From contig CM119267.1 of the NCBI GenBank assembly GCA_051294375.1, positions 6,350,121 through 6,414,120 on the forward strand: a stretch of DNA of 64,000 bases. The letters run 5' to 3'. Source of the stretch: Paraspadella gotoi. Its lineage: Eukaryota; Animalia; Chaetognatha. Below are positions 14,470 to 26,020 of this stretch, piece after piece (within the stretch, counting starts at the first letter, position 1; each line of letters opens with the position of its first letter). A program made the position numbers and the translations under genes. Under the pieces are notes generated by a model, which was not told where the DNA came from, did no database searches, and worked only from the letters and a program-made list of their open reading frames with translations.

Positions 14470-15738
14470 GAGAGATTATTTCACGGAAAAGTCAACGGAA
14501 TGTCGTTTTCAATGTGTGTGTGATTATGGATCTCGAGGGAAAGATAGGGACGACGATCAAGACGACGACGAAAACGACGACGACAACGAGACTCTGCGAA
14601 AGACAACGGAATCGCGAGTTGGAACCGGACTTGGGAGGCCGCGCGATCCAAGATGGCCGCCGCCTATTATCGTTTTCCGGGACGAGTTGTCACGGCGTCA
14701 ATAAATTATTCATTAGAGTCAAATTATAGTTGGAATTGCTATCAATTTTAATTATACAGTTTTATTATTTTGTCACAAATTTTAGCTAAAAATCAATTTT
14801 CTAAAACAATTTGCCTTTTATTCTTTTTAAAGCTTCGTGTAACCTACGAAAGGGCTGAATCATTTAAATGTTCAACATTATTTCCAATCATTTACAGTTT
14901 TTACATAATTAGGTATAATCAATTTAATTATAGCCATTGCAAACGTTTCTAGTAATAGACATATTGAAATTTTTTATTTTAAAAAATGTAAATAGGTTTT
15001 AAATAGGTAAATGGTACTTTATTTATACCCAAATATCATTATTTCAAAGTTCAAACCCATTTAGATGAAATAAAGCGGAAAAAAAAATAAACACTCACAA
15101 AAAAATTTCATTGTCTTCCATTTTTTTTCTCTTCCTCCATTTTCTTCCTTAATTTCCTTTCCTCCTTTCCTTCCTTTTCCTCCTTTCTTCCTTTTTCCCA
15201 AGATGCACATTTTCCTTCCTCATTAAGATTAATCTAATTCCCTTCAGGTAACGAAATTACAAGTCAACGTAATTCGCTTCCGACTTTGAATAACTTTTAA
15301 TAACGAGATAAACTTTCATTGTTTTCGTTGTACAATTTAACGCTTTGATAAGGTTATTTTTATAAGATTATTTTTTTCACAATATCGACATTGTATCGTT
15401 TCTTGATCTTTGGTCGTTTGTGTTTAAGTTCAATTCAATCAAAAAAAGTTATTTCGGTTAAGTTTCGATTATGTATTAGACTCTTAGGGCAAAATAAGTT
15501 ATTGTGTAGAACTAAAAAAAAATAACGTTTTTTAAAATAAGGACGTAAGCTACGAGCGTCGAAGTGAATCTTTATTTAAATCTCATTCATCAATTGGACG
15601 ATTATAAACGACGTCCCAACCTAATTCTCAAAAAAAAGACGTTACGGAATTGCATTCTATTTCTCCGTAACAAATCATTTTTCAAAAATAACTTAGGCAT
15701 AGCGAAATTTCCTTTCTTTTCGTGTGTTTTGGATTAAG

Positions 15739-15887
15739 TAGAAAATAAGTTTGAGTTTATTTGCAACAACGATTTTATTAGTACATAAGGACGTACATGT
15801 TTCGGCTTTAGTTACAAGCCTTCTTCAGCGTCATAGAGAAAAATTGTTTTGTGAACTTTTACCAAATTATTTGTGCAAAGGAAAAGT

Positions 15888-15951
<64 letters not shown>

Positions 15952-16123
15952 CAGGGCAAAGTTTCCAACACAGAGTTGAGAAAAGAATAGTGGCAGATGT
16001 GAGGACAGGTCAAGGTGAAGACAGATTGAGTTAGACTGTGAAAAGGAAATTAAATGGTGAAAATTTTTTTTTTTTTTTTTTTTTTTTCTTTTTTTTTTTT
16101 TTTTGAGAGAGAGAGAGAAGGAC

Positions 16124-16154
<31 letters not shown>

Positions 16155-16400
16155 AGAAAAAAGGAACATTAGTAACAATACATTGTGCAATGTACAACAA
16201 AGATAAATGATTTAAAACTAACAGTGAAATAATATTTTTTACATTAAACTACTTAATAAATATTGAGTATAAAACAGTGAAATTGAAAGATGTGAAAGGA
16301 AAGAGAGAATTTAAGTTTAGAAGATATTAATGTGAAAATGAAATTTAGAATTAAGAAAGAGCTCAAAATGAGCTGGCCCCCTTTGGTTGAAGCAAATGAG
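15739..16400 (-). repeat. Left (inverted) pseudo-LTR arm of the PLE
   Basis: Reverse complement of 17267-17934. Example: CAAAATGAGCTGGCCCCCTTTGGTTGAAGCAAATGAG versus CTCATTTGCTTCAACCAAAGGGGGCCAGCTCATTTTG. Poly(T) pairs with poly(A), and (GA)n with (CT)n. Confidence 0.92.
15790..15832 (-). ncRNA. Minimal type I hammerhead ribozyme in the inverted pseudo-LTR
   Basis: The reverse complement reads GACG-CUGAAGA-A-GGCUU-GUAACUA-AAGCC-GAAA-CAUGU-A-CGUC, with stem I directly abutting the core. Confidence 0.85.
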
Positions 16401-16429
16401 TCACTGGAGTCATTGGTGCGGTGCTGCAA

Positions 16430-17320
16430 AGCAGGGATCTTCCACCTCAGTGACGACCCGCGGTTCTCTACGAGAGTAATTGGTGAAACCGAAAGGATAA
16501 ATCCCCAGGACCGAAAACATCAGGAGCCGTCTATTGGGCGCCTGTGCAGGGGCGGGCAACCAGCCTGTGCAGCAGCATACGGGGCGAGACAGGCAAGTCT
16601 CTAACAGACGCTTTCAGCAGCACCACAAAACCTTATCGCGATGCGAGAGGACATTACCTATCTGCGTACGCTGAACATACAGTAAATACTGCCATCTATT
16701 TAGAGAGTCAGACTGGTCTCGTGCTGTCCATGACCAACTGGTTCTCAAGAGGTATTAGAGAGGCGATCTATATCAAAGCCTCGAGCCCTCTTTGAATCAG
16801 AATGGAGACGATTCGATCTTCCTCAATGCGATCGATGATACGCTTATCAAAAGCGTAGTGGAGGCCCCGCCACCACCCACGTCCGCACAATGACTCCCCG
16901 TTTCTACTCAACGAAACAAGGGGAGACCTTTGCGCAGGCAATGGGCAAACGATGCCTCTCCTTTCAACTGCAGCAACTCACTCCCTCTCTCTGTGGGAGT
17001 AAGCGCCCACCAAAAAGGCGGCTCGCTGGAGGAAGGAGAGGAGTCCACAACTCATGTCGCAAAAGCGGAAGAACGGACAAGCCACCCATCTCGCCAGCAG
17101 ACGAGAAGAGGGCAGTCGACAGGCGTACCAAGGACAGAGAGACATCAGGAGTAGCTTTGGACTCTTCCCGCAATGGAAGCCTACCCAGTCCATCAAATAC
17201 ATGGCTCAATCGATATGACCTCTCAGCCACTGACGCGCCAATGACTCGACCACATCGTCACTACCTCTCATTTGCTTCAACCAAAGGGGGCCAGCTCATT
17301 TTGAGTCTCTTTCTTAATAC
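16430..17320 (+). pseudogene. Frameshifted GIY-YIG endonuclease domain and C-terminal tail of a PLE ORF
   Basis: Stitching frames gives ...STSVTTRGSLRE*LVKPK/DK...TSGAVYWAP/C...CAAAY/GETGKSLTD.FQQHHK...SAYAEH...NWFSRGIREAIYIKASSP/LNQNG.RFDLP. This follows the PLE pattern LV.PKDK..G(V/A)VY..C..C..YIGETGR....EH...SA.AEH....R..REAIYI....LN. No reverse transcriptase part is present. Confidence 0.85.
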
Positions 17321-17561
17321 TTAATATTTCAACTTTCCAAATTAATATCTTCTAACTTAATCTCTCTTTTCCTTTCACATTTCAATTTCCAACTGTTTTA
17401 TACTTTCAATTTTATTTATTAAGTAGTTTAATGTTAAAAATATTTATTTCACTGTTAGTTAAAATATTTATCTTTGTTGTTACATTGCACAATGTATTGT
17501 ACTAATGTTCCTTTTTTTTTCTCTCTCTCCTCTTCTCTCTTCTCTCTGCCCTTCCCTCCTC

Positions 17562-17596
<35 letters not shown>

Positions 17597-17934
17597 TTTA
17601 ATTTCTTTTCACAGTCTAACTTAATCTGGTCTTCCACCTTGACCTGTCCCTCACATCGACCCACCTATTTCTTTTTTCTTTTCAAACTCTGTGTTGGAAA
17701 CTTTTGCCCTGTCTCAATGTCTCTCTCTTCGGTCTCTCTTCTCTGCCTCTCTCTCTCGTCTTCTCTCTCTCTCTCTCTCTCTCTTACTTTTCCTTTGCAA
17801 CAAATAATTTTGTAAAAGTTCACAAAACAATTTTTCTCTATGACGCCTGAAGAAGGCTTGTAACTAAAGCCGAAACATGTACGTCCTTATGTACTAATAA
17901 AATCGTTGTTGCAAATAAACTCAAACTTATTTCT
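17267..17934 (+). repeat. Right pseudo-LTR / 3' UTR arm of the PLE
   Basis: Partner of 15739-16400. Contains an internal poly(A) (~17562-17588), a CT tract, the hammerhead and AATAAA. Confidence 0.92.
17842..17885 (+). ncRNA. Minimal type I hammerhead ribozyme in the 3' pseudo-LTR
   Basis: GACG(c)-CUGAAGA-a-GGCUU-guaacua-AAGCC-GAAA-CAUGU-A-CGUC. Core boxes CUGANGA and GAAA, stem II GGCUU/AAGCC, stem I GACG/CGUC, vestigial palindromic stem III ACAUGU, cleavage triplet GUA. This copy has one extra C before CUGA, possibly a read error. AATAAA follows at 17896-17901. Confidence 0.8.
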
Positions 17935-18211
17935 AAAAAATAACTTAAAAAATCATATTTATTTCTTTCGTAACTTCTTCCTTTAAATTTCATCACCCAT
18001 TTTTTAAATCTTGATTTCACTTGTTCATTTTTCTCTGTCACCTTTTTCATATTCATTTCATCATTTTATTTCTTCATTCTTCTTTTTTTTTTTCATTTTT
18101 TCGTTTCTTTTTCTTTTCAATCGACTTTTTCTTCCCACCCAAAACGGTCATTTGGCGGGAAAATTTGAATTTTAAGAGACGACGCCGTGAACGACATTAT
18201 TCAAATCAAAA

Positions 18212-18247
<36 letters not shown>

Positions 18248-18251
18248 CTTC

Positions 18252-18283
<32 letters not shown>

Positions 18284-18599
18284 TCTTCTCTCTGTCTCGC
18301 GAGATGAAAGCGTTCACTTCCCTCATTTTTCAACGTGGAAAAAGTAAATATTTCACCAATTTTTTTTTCTTCACCCGGTAATGATAATGATCTCCGACTC
18401 AAGCAAATTGTTTTCCTTCCAATGGTTGGGGATGAACTTTCTTTACCGAGATCATATTTTTTTCAAATTTGGGAATTTATCACTAATTACAAGTTTTATT
18501 CATAATTTGTAATTCTGAAACGCGATCCGACATCTGATCGACGAATGTTAATTTAAATTCACTCCAAAGATTTCTCTTTTTTTCCCTTTCTTTTCTCTC

Positions 18600-18641
<42 letters not shown>

Positions 18642-18698
18642 AGACGCCCTTCGGCAATGTCACCCTTTTTTTCTTTTTTTCCGTCTTTTCCTCGTCAC

Positions 18699-19532
18699 TT
18701 TTATTTCTTTTTCTTTCTCTCTTTTTCTTTCTTCTTTCTTTCTCTCTCTTTCTATCTTTCTTTCCATTGCCGTCGCCATTTCTTTCTTCCTTCACTTTCT
18801 TTAGAAATTCTCTTCTTTCGAGACAAAAAGAGCGAGGACAAACGACAACAACAACACAACAACACACGATTACATCTCCATCCTTAATTTTTCTTCACTC
18901 GTCATCCTTTCCCACTCCTTTTATAATTCCACCCTTTCTTCCACAAATACCCACCTTCCACCACTGACCCAAACTCCATATCCCAACCACCCCACAAACT
19001 TGACACCCAAGCACCCCGCCCTCCACCCTTCACTCTCGCCCATTCCCCACCTTCCCCTTTCTCGGCGCCGTTCTTTTATTTCGTTTTATTTTTCTTTTTT
19101 AAAATTTTAACGGCGTGCCAATCGACGCCGCCAATCGACGCCGCCGAACGACGGCCCGACGTCGCGAGCGGCGCCGGTCGACCGGGGAGGCGTCGCTTTT
19201 GTCGCAAACGAGGAAGTTGGAGTCATCCGTGATGGCGCTCACGATAATTGTTGTCGTTGTTGTCGTCGTCGTTGTTGTCGTTTTTGTCATTCAAGACCAT
19301 ATTTTTTTTCCTTTTTTTTTTTTTCTTTTTTTCTTCTTACGAATTGTCGTTGTTACACTTTTCTCCGTTTGTTGTTGTTGTCATCCGCGTCGTGATCTTC
19401 GTTTCAACTCTTATCAACTTTCTGTATTAACTACGCGTTTTTTACTCTTTACAATTAATACAAAGTCAAGAATGTTATCGACGAATTAATAAAGCATCTA
19501 TTTAAATAGTGCGAGATGTCGTTTGCTAATGA

Positions 19533-19615
<83 letters not shown>

Positions 19616-20478
19616 CTCTCTCTCCCATATACAGCGGGCTGCAATTTTCTTTGGCTGAGAACTCGATGATTCCGCCATTGAAAATGCGCGGAGCCNNNNN
19701 NNNNNNNNNNNNNNNNNNNNCACTATTAAATAGATGCTTTATTAATTCGTCGATACATTCTTCGACTTTGTATTAATTGTAAGAGTAATACAGAAAGTTG
19801 ATAAGAGTTGAAACGAAGATCACGACGCGGTTGACAACAACAACAAACGGAGAAAAGTGTAACAACGACAATTCGTAAGAAAAGAAAAAAAAAAGGAAAA
19901 AAATTATGGTCTTGAATGACAACGACAACAACGACGACGACAACAACGACAACAATATCGTGAGCGCCATCACGGATGACGCCAACTTCCTCGTTTGCGA
20001 CAAAAGCGACGCCTCCCCGGTCGACCGGCGCCGCTCGCGACGTCGGCGTCGTTTCGCGGCGTCGATTGGCGACGCCGTTAAAATTTAAAAAAGAAAATAA
20101 AACGGGAATAAAAGAAACGGCGCCGAGAAAGGGAAAGGGTGGGGAATGGGCGAGAGTGGAGGGTGGAGGGCGGGGTGCTTGGGGTGTCAAGTTTGTGGGT
20201 GGTTGGGATATGGAAGTTTGGGTCAGTGGTGAAGGTGGGGATATTTGTGGAAGAAAGGGTGAATTATAAAAAGAGTGGAAAGGATGACGTGAAAGAAAAT
20301 TAAGGATGGAGATGTAATCGTTGTTGTTGTTGTTGTTGTCGTCGTCCTCGCTTCTTTTGTCTCGAAAGAAGAGAATTTCTAAGAAATGGAAGGAAGAAGA
20401 AATGGCGACGGCAATGGGAAGAAAGATAGAAAGAGAGGAAAGAAAGAAAGAAAGAGAGAAAGAAAGAAAGAAATAAAA
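18699..20478. repeat. Inverted duplication 18699-19511 / 19721-20478 around a 25-N gap
   Basis: AATTAATAAAGCATCTATTTAAATAGTG (ending 19511) versus CACTATTAAATAGATGCTTTATTAATT (starting 19721). ORF translations are mirrored (19115..19489 + versus 19726..20514 -). Confidence 0.92.
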
Positions 20479-23400
20479 TGTCGCCCCAGAGACGAGAGAG
20501 ATTATGCAATACATTACTTTTTAATTTTTTCGTCTCTTTTTATTTTAAGGTTTTTTTTTTAAGGCGGGAGAAGGAGCTCATTGTAAATACTAAGGGTTTT
20601 TTTTCCGTCGCTTGAAATTCATCAGTTGTTCTTTTCTCTCTCTCTCTCTCTCTCTCTTCTGGTCCTCCTCCTCTCTCGTTCGTCTCTCCGTTTCGGGTCG
20701 CTACTCTCTCTTCCTTCTCTTCTGTCACGCTGTGACCCGCGATGGGGAGGGCGCAGCAGCCGCGCCGAAAGAGAATGATGACCCAAAAACGTGATTTACT
20801 GCACAGAGAAGAAGAAAAATAAAGAGAAAAAAACCAAATTCTCTTTCCTCCACCAGGCAAACACTTGCTTCCACCGACGGGTGTTTTTCTTTTTTTTTTT
20901 TTTTAGACAGAAAGGAAGAGAGAAAAAATAATGAGTTTTGGAAGTATAGAAAATTAGAGAAAAAGATGATTGTGTCGTCAGCCCAGTAAGAGAGAGAGGA
21001 GGAGAAGGAGGAGGGAGGGGAGAGGAAAGGAGGGAGGAGAAGGGATGAGGGTAGAAAATAAAAATTGTAAGAGGGAGAGTAAGAAAATGGAAAAAGAAAA
21101 TGGAAAAGTAGAGAAAGGAAGGGCAAAAGAAGGGAAAGGAAGAGAGATGATGGGAGGAAAGGAGAAAAAGAAGGAAAGAAGGAAAGGAGAAAAAAGAAAG
21201 GAAGAAGGAAAGGAGAAAAAAGACAAGAAACGAAAAAAGAAGATAGGGGGGGAGAAAAAAAGGAAGAAGGAAAGTGGAGAAAAGGAAAAGGAAAGAAGGA
21301 AGGAGAAAAAAAAGGAAGAAGGAAAGAGAAAAGAAGGAAAGAAGGAAAAGGAAGAAAAAAGAAAGAGGAAAAGTAGGAGAAGAGAAATAAGGATAGAAAG
21401 AAAGGAGAAAAAAGAAAAGGGAAGAAGAAAGGAGAAAAAAAAACGCGAAGAAGGAAAGGAGAAAAAATAGAAACGGAAAGAAGGAAAGGAGAAAAAAGAA
21501 AAGGAAAGGAGAAAAATAAAAGGAAAGAAAGGAAAGGAGAAAAATAAAAGGAAAGAAGGAAAGGAAAAATAAAAGGAAAGAAGAAGAAAAAGAAAAAGGA
21601 AAGAAGGAAGGAGAAAAAAGAAAAGAAAAGAAGGAAGGAGAAAAAAGAAAGGAAAGAAGTGAAAGGACGTTCACGTCAATGCGAAGTTAAGGCTGAGAGA
21701 AAAGAAGTTGAAATAGAGAGAAGATTAACAAAGAGAGGTTAGCAGAAGAAGGGAGGCAGCAAGAAGAGAGAAGAAGTGGTCCGGCTAAAGAGGAAGCCGA
21801 CTGCGCACCTCGACGTCGTTAGACAAAAAAAAATGAAAAAATCGAGTTTTACCAGAAATATGCAAATGCAGAAAAAAAGGAAGCGCCTCTCGATCGTTTA
21901 AACACTGGGGTAATGAAAGATGCCGAAGGCGAAAAGGAACCCAAAAGGATCAAATCTTTTTCTTTTATTTTATTTTTTTTTTTTTAATCTTTTTCTGCCG
22001 ACGATCAGGGTTCATTGGCGCTCATTGATGCCAAAAGAAAAATACGTAATGCCCAACCTTTTGTTTCGTTCGCTAACGCGGTCGAGTTAAAAATATTTTC
22101 TCCGGTTTCCACTGATTACTAGACATGTATAAAGTTTTGCCTGCTTACCAACCCTAATAACTTTGGCCGTCTCCAGTCGCCACGCCCACTCACTATGATC
22201 ATATCATTAAAGCTGCACTCGCAAAGTTCGGCACGCTGACGACTCGGTCGGAAAATTTTATGAATAATAATATATAAAATAAAATTTTATAAATTAATTT
22301 AATATATTAAAATAATATTAAAATTTGGATTAAATAGTTTAAAATTTTTAATGTTATTAATTTTTTTCATTAAATTTTTTTTTCGATATTTTAATTTTTT
22401 TTATTGGGATTACTGTTTTAGATTAATTTTTTATTCTGATAGAGTTTTTTAAAAGATATGTAGAAATTAAAAACTTTAATTTTTTTCTATTTAAAAATAG
22501 TAAACTTTTTTAAGAGATTATTAAAAATAAAATAATAATTTTTTTAAAAAATAAAAACAATTCTTATCCATGGTCCACCATCCAGTAGCTTCTAACCCAA
22601 AAAAACCAAAGCGGCGTGCCTAAAAACCCAGACGCCAATTTCCAAACCAACGAACGTCTCCTTTTTTTTGCCCCTGAAGAAGCTTCTGTTGCTAAGTTAT
22701 CGCTCGCCTTGTCTCACTCTCTCTCCCTCAGCGCTTCATTATAGGACTAATTTCTCAAAAGCGCGCAGTGCAGGGAATTAGCGGCTTGAACTATGGAAGA
22801 TTGAACTATGGTAACATAGCTAAGAAACTTCGCGTTGAGATAGCTTGCACTGACAAAACCCTCCTCCGGACTTCCCAACTCGGTAAGACGCTGAGTTTGT
22901 TGCGGGTTGGGGGTGAGAGAGAGGAGGCGAGAGAGAGAGAGAGAGAGAGAGGAGAGAAGAGAGATGAGAGAGAGAGAAGAGAGAGAGAGGAGAAGAAGAG
23001 GAGAGAGGTGCGACGCGAATCGAGACTTAATTTTATTTTGTTGGCGAATCTCTGGAGGAAGGAGAAAGAAGAAAAAATGTTTTCCGTCTGGTAGAAAAAG
23101 TTGGGCGACGAAAATGACGAAAGGAAACTCATTTAGACGGAGATCGAGAGGGGGGTCAGGCTGGGGGGGGAATGAGTCGGTTATTGTTGTTGTCGTTGTT
23201 ACGTTTTTGTGGTGAGAGGTGTTTGTTCTTAGTGATTGTTGTCAATGAAAATAGCGGGGGGAAATGAAGAGATAACAAAAAAGATTTTTTAAGGTAAAAG
23301 AAGTAAAAAGAAAAAAGAGAAAAGGAAGAAAAGAGAGGTAATCTATAACAAAGGAAAAGGAAAGAGCACACACAAGGAATATATAATACAAGGAAAGGAA

Positions 23401-23535
23401 AGAGAAAGAGGAAAGAAAAAGAAGGAAATCTAGTAAAAATGAAAAAGGAAGGAAAAAAAGATTGAAAAAGAAAATAACGAAAAGAAAGAAGAAGAGATAA
23501 ATTCTAAAAAATAAATAAGAGAAAGAAAAAGAAAA

Positions 23536-23614
<79 letters not shown>

Positions 23615-23975
23615 TAGAATTCTTTCTCTTTTCCTTCTTTTTCTCATTACGTAAAGCAAACTCGAGGGACGCGTCCAAATAACGACTTTCTTTCCTCCCG
23701 GCTAGTGGGGCGGCGAAAATCAGAGTCGGGGACTCCGAATATGCAAATGAGAATGAAATCGGCCAGAATGTTTAAAAAAAATTTAAGAAGCGGAGAAAGG
23801 AGGAAAGGGGGGTGTGGGGTAGGGAGAGGGAAGTGGCCAAGGGTGGGGGGAGAGAATTCGGGGGGGGGGGGGAGAAGGAATTAAAAACCTAAGCGGATGA
23901 AGAATTCTATTAAAAGGTTCGGCGATGGTTATTGCATAGATATCGTCTGCTAATTAGCCAAATGAGGAGAGAGAA

Positions 23976-24060
<85 letters not shown>

Positions 24061-25380
24061 GAGAGATTATTTCACGGAAAAGTCAACGGAATGTCGTTTT
24101 CAATGTGTGTGTGATTATGGATCTCGAGGGAAAGATAGGGACGACGATCAAGACGACGACGAAAACGACGACGACAACGAGACTCTGCGAAAGACAACGG
24201 AATCGCGAGTTGGAACCGGACTTGGGAGGCCGCGCGATCCAAGATGGCCGCCGCCTATTATCGTTTTCCGGGACGAGTTGTCACGGCGTCAATAAATTAT
24301 TCATTAGAGTCAAATTATAGTTGGAATTGCTATCAATTTTAATTATACAGTTTTATTATTTTGTCACAAATTTTAGCTAAAAATCAATTTTCTAAAACAA
24401 TTTGCCTTTTATTCTTTTTAAAGCTTCGTGTAACCTACGAAAGGGCTGAATCATTTAAATGTTCAACATTATTTCCAATCATTTACAGTTTTTACATAAT
24501 TAGGTATAATCAATTTAATTATAGCCATTGCAAACGTTTCTAGTAATAGACATATTGAAATTTTTTATTTTAAAAAATGTAAATAGGTTTTAAATAGGTA
24601 AATGGTACTTTATTTATACCCAAATATCATTATTTCAAAGTTCAAACCCATTTAGATGAAATAAAGCGGAAAAAAAAATAAACACTCACAAAAAAATTTC
24701 ATTGTCTTCCATTTTTTTTCTCTTCCTCCATTTTCTTCCTTAATTTCCTTTCCTCCTTTCCTTCCTTTTCCTCCTTTCTTCCTTTTTCCCAAGATGCACA
24801 TTTTCCTTCCTCATTAAGATTAATCTAATTCCCTTCAGGTAACGAAATTACAAGTCAACGTAATTCGCTTCCGACTTTGAATAACTTTTAATAACGAGAT
24901 AAACTTTCATTGTTTTCGTTGTACAATTTAACGCTTTGATAAGGTTATTTTTATAAGATTATTTTTTTCACAATATCGACATTGTATCGTTTCTTGATCT
25001 TTGGTCGTTTGTGTTTAAGTTCAATTCAATCAAAAAAAGTTATTTCGGTTAAGTTTCGATTATGTATTAGACTCTTAGGGCAAAATAAGTTATTGTGTAG
25101 AACTAAAAAAAAATAACGTTTTTTAAAATAAGGACGTAAGCTACGAGCGTCGAAGTGAATCTTTATTTAAATCTCATTCATCAATTGGACGATTATAAAC
25201 GACGTCCCAACCTAATTCTCAAAAAAAAGACGTTACGGAATTGCATTCTATTTCTCCGTAACAAATCATTTTTCAAAAATAACTTAGGCATAGCGAAATT
25301 TCCTTTCTTTTCGTGTGTTTTGGATTAAGTAGAAAATAAGTTTGAGTTTATTTGCAACAACGATTTTATTAGTACATAAG

Positions 25381-25423
25381 GACGTACATGTTTCGGCTTT
25401 AGTTACAAGCCTTCTTCAGCGTC
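25381..25423 (-). ncRNA. Hammerhead ribozyme (duplicate of 15790-15832)
   Basis: Identical sequence at +9591. Confidence 0.8.
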
Positions 25424-25478
25424 ATAGAGAAAAATTGTTTTGTGAACTTTTACCAAATTATTTGTGCAAAGGAAAAGT

Positions 25479-25542
<64 letters not shown>

Positions 25543-25714
25543 CAGGGCAAAGTTTCCAACACAGAGTTGAGAAAAGAATAGTGGCAGATGTGAGGACAGG
25601 TCAAGGTGAAGACAGATTGAGTTAGACTGTGAAAAGGAAATTAAATGGTGAAAATTTTTTTTTTTTTTTTTTTTTTTTCTTTTTTTTTTTTTTTTGAGAG
25701 AGAGAGAGAAGGAC

Positions 25715-25745
<31 letters not shown>

Positions 25746-26020
25746 AGAAAAAAGGAACATTAGTAACAATACATTGTGCAATGTACAACAAAGATAAATG
25801 ATTTAAAACTAACAGTGAAATAATATTTTTTACATTAAACTACTTAATAAATATTGAGTATAAAACAGTGAAATTGAAAGATGTGAAAGGAAAGAGAGAA
25901 TTTAAGTTTAGAAGATATTAATGTGAAAATGAAATTTAGAATTAAGAAAGAGCTCAAAATGAGCTGGCCCCCTTTGGTTGAAGCAAATGAGTCACTGGAG
26001 TCATTGGTGCGGTGCTGCAA

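Larger units (their letters stand above)
15696..17935 (+). mobile_element. 5'-truncated Penelope-like element (PLE): inverted pseudo-LTR, GIY-YIG endonuclease 3' fragment, direct pseudo-LTR; flanked by a 12-bp TSD
   Basis: TSD AAAAATAACTTA at 15684-15695 and 17936-17947. Arms ~15739-16400 and ~17267-17934 are reverse complements. The core translates, with frameshifts, to PLE GIY-YIG motifs. Each arm holds a hammerhead motif. The single-copy empty site is at 29022-29034 on the minus strand. Confidence 0.88.
10888..18698 (+). repeat. Copy A of a ~7.8-kb direct duplication
   Basis: All ORF-track entries recur at exactly +9591 from TGTCGCCCCAGAG (10888/20479). Length differences appear only from the CT tract near 18220/27810. 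Confidence 0.97.

Noticed and set aside
15739-17934. The large hairpin as a DNA transposon with long TIRs, or as a long-read fold-back artefact
   Set aside because: The core is GIY-YIG rather than a DDE transposase, the arms hold PLE-type hammerheads and are asymmetric, and a TSD plus an empty allele bracket it. A read fold-back would mirror flanking DNA and have no unique 870-bp core.
18699-20478. Second large inverted repeat as a biological palindrome
   Set aside because: It is centred on a 25-N gap, has no TSD or element features, and ends at the junction of the 9591-offset duplication. Best explained as a mis-oriented redundant contig.
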